IMG/VR virus record: IMGVR_UViG_3300038393_001469
Coordinates: 1-25,189 of that record
DNA length: 25,189 nucleotides
From: a virus
Lineage: Duplodnaviria; Caudoviricetes
Direction: 5' to 3' (one strand)
Part shown: positions 24,324 through 25,189 of the stretch, one piece after another
Layout: the number at the start of each line of letters is the position of its first letter
Numbering within the stretch: the stretch's first letter is position 1
Position numbers and translations under genes: made by a program
The notes under the pieces: model-generated
Told to the model about the DNA's origin: nothing
The model's database searches: none
Seen by the model: only the letters and a program-made list of their open reading frames with translations

Positions 24324-25053
24324 CCTACTAGGCACCCCCTCGGCCCGGATGTGGAAGGGCGCCGGGCCTGTTGACGGGCCGACACACCACCGCAACTCGG
24401 CACGCGGCCTCATTGAGGCCCAGGTGCTCGACCTACTGCCGACCCCGGCTGCGGGCGCGTTCAACGACGGCGAATCAGTCGAGCAATGGGACGCACGCCG
24501 CGAACGCATCAAAGCCAAGGGCATCAACGGCAACGGCATGGGCGAACCACTCGCCATCGCCGCACAACGGTTGCTCCCGACGCCCCGCACCTCGGACACG
24601 AACGGGCCCGGACGGCACGGGACAGGCGGCCCGGACCTGCGAACCGTGGCAAGCGAGCTGCCGCTGCTCCAGACGCCGGCTGTGGCCGATGGCATGGGCT
24701 CGCGGAAGGCACGGGGCGGCGAGCGTTCCAATGAGAAGCTGCTGCCCGGCCAGGCTGTCGAGATGGCCACGGACTGGGGACCGTACGCGCCAGCCATCCA
24801 CCGCTGGGAGCGCGTACTGGGCCGACCCGCCCCCGCACCGACCGAGCTCAATAGCAAGGGCGGCCACCGGCTCTCGCCGCATTTTTGTGAATGGATGATG
24901 GGCGCCCCCGATGGCTGGATCTGCGACACGGACATCAGCCGCAACGAGCAATTGAAGGCGGCCGGAAACGGTGTCGTGCCGCAGCAGGCCACCGCCGCAC
25001 TGAAAGACATGCTCGCCGCGTTCGGCGTCGAGACGGGGGAGGCGGCCGCGTAA
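24109..25053 (+). CDS. C5-cytosine DNA methyltransferase, second part (repeated variable region plus motifs IX-X)
   Basis: In the +1 frame, overlapping the previous gene by 215 nt. Four LLxTP modules, RLSPHFCEWMMG (IX) and QLKAAGNGVVPQQA (X). The start codon is uncertain. Confidence 0.8.
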   Translation: MPQPLAIWNSSRDVWEATGAEATTCLFCGHSDVYSETFTTSGTTRNGVAYALPTWEHRTAGSASSSSPNADDLLGTPSARMWKGAGPVDGPTHHRNSARGLIEAQVLDLLPTPAAGAFNDGESVEQWDARRERIKAKGINGNGMGEPLAIAAQRLLPTPRTSDTNGPGRHGTGGPDLRTVASELPLLQTPAVADGMGSRKARGGERSNEKLLPGQAVEMATDWGPYAPAIHRWERVLGRPAPAPTELNSKGGHRLSPHFCEWMMGAPDGWICDTDISRNEQLKAAGNGVVPQQATAALKDMLAAFGVETGEAAA

Positions 25054-25189
25054 TGCCGTGGTTCCGTGTCGATGACCAGCTCTGCCTCTCCCACAAGGCC
25101 CTCTCCGCCGGCAACCGCGCCCTCGGCCTCTGGGTCCGGGCCGGGTCCTGGTCCATGCAGCAGCTCACCGACGGGCACGTCCCCGCCGC
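25053..25189 (+). CDS. Probable replication protein, N-terminus (3' truncated by window edge)
   Basis: TAATG overlap. MPWFRVDDQLCLSHKALSAGNRALGLWVRAGSWSMQQLTDGHVP matches an N-terminal pattern of actinophage replication-region proteins. Confidence 0.6.
   Translation, partial: MPWFRVDDQLCLSHKALSAGNRALGLWVRAGSWSMQQLTDGHVPA

Overview
This 25 kb window comes from a very GC-rich temperate siphovirus of an actinobacterial host. The host is inferred from codon usage and gene families, and a genus cannot be assigned from sequence alone. It appears to be in the unintegrated (attP) configuration. Left arm, + strand: scaffold end, major capsid, head-tail joining genes, tail tube, frameshifted tail chaperones, tape measure, minor tail genes, a lysis cassette (GH25 lysin, an accessory protein, holin-like genes) and a 696-aa carbohydrate-binding/beta-propeller fibre-like protein. 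Centre: a leftward lipoprotein, a tRNA-3'-half attP core, a tyrosine integrase, an ImmA-like HExxH protease, an XRE repressor and a divergent Cro. Right arm: small early genes, a PD-(D/E)XK exonuclease, a Rad52/Sak annealase, SSB, an NrdH-like redoxin, a two-gene overlapping C5-cytosine methyltransferase with repeated LLPTP modules and the start of a probable replication gene. The most unusual signals are: (1) a capsid TAG followed by a perfect 18-bp hairpin and an open in-frame path into the next gene; (2) a YPSD peptide repeat shared by a neck protein and a baseplate protein; (3) an apparently split endolysin; (4) the split, modular methyltransferase; (5) Ala-Ala C-termini restricted to early proteins; (6) a late-TAG versus early-TGA stop codon partition. 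All product calls rest on motif recognition and gene order. No database searches were run.
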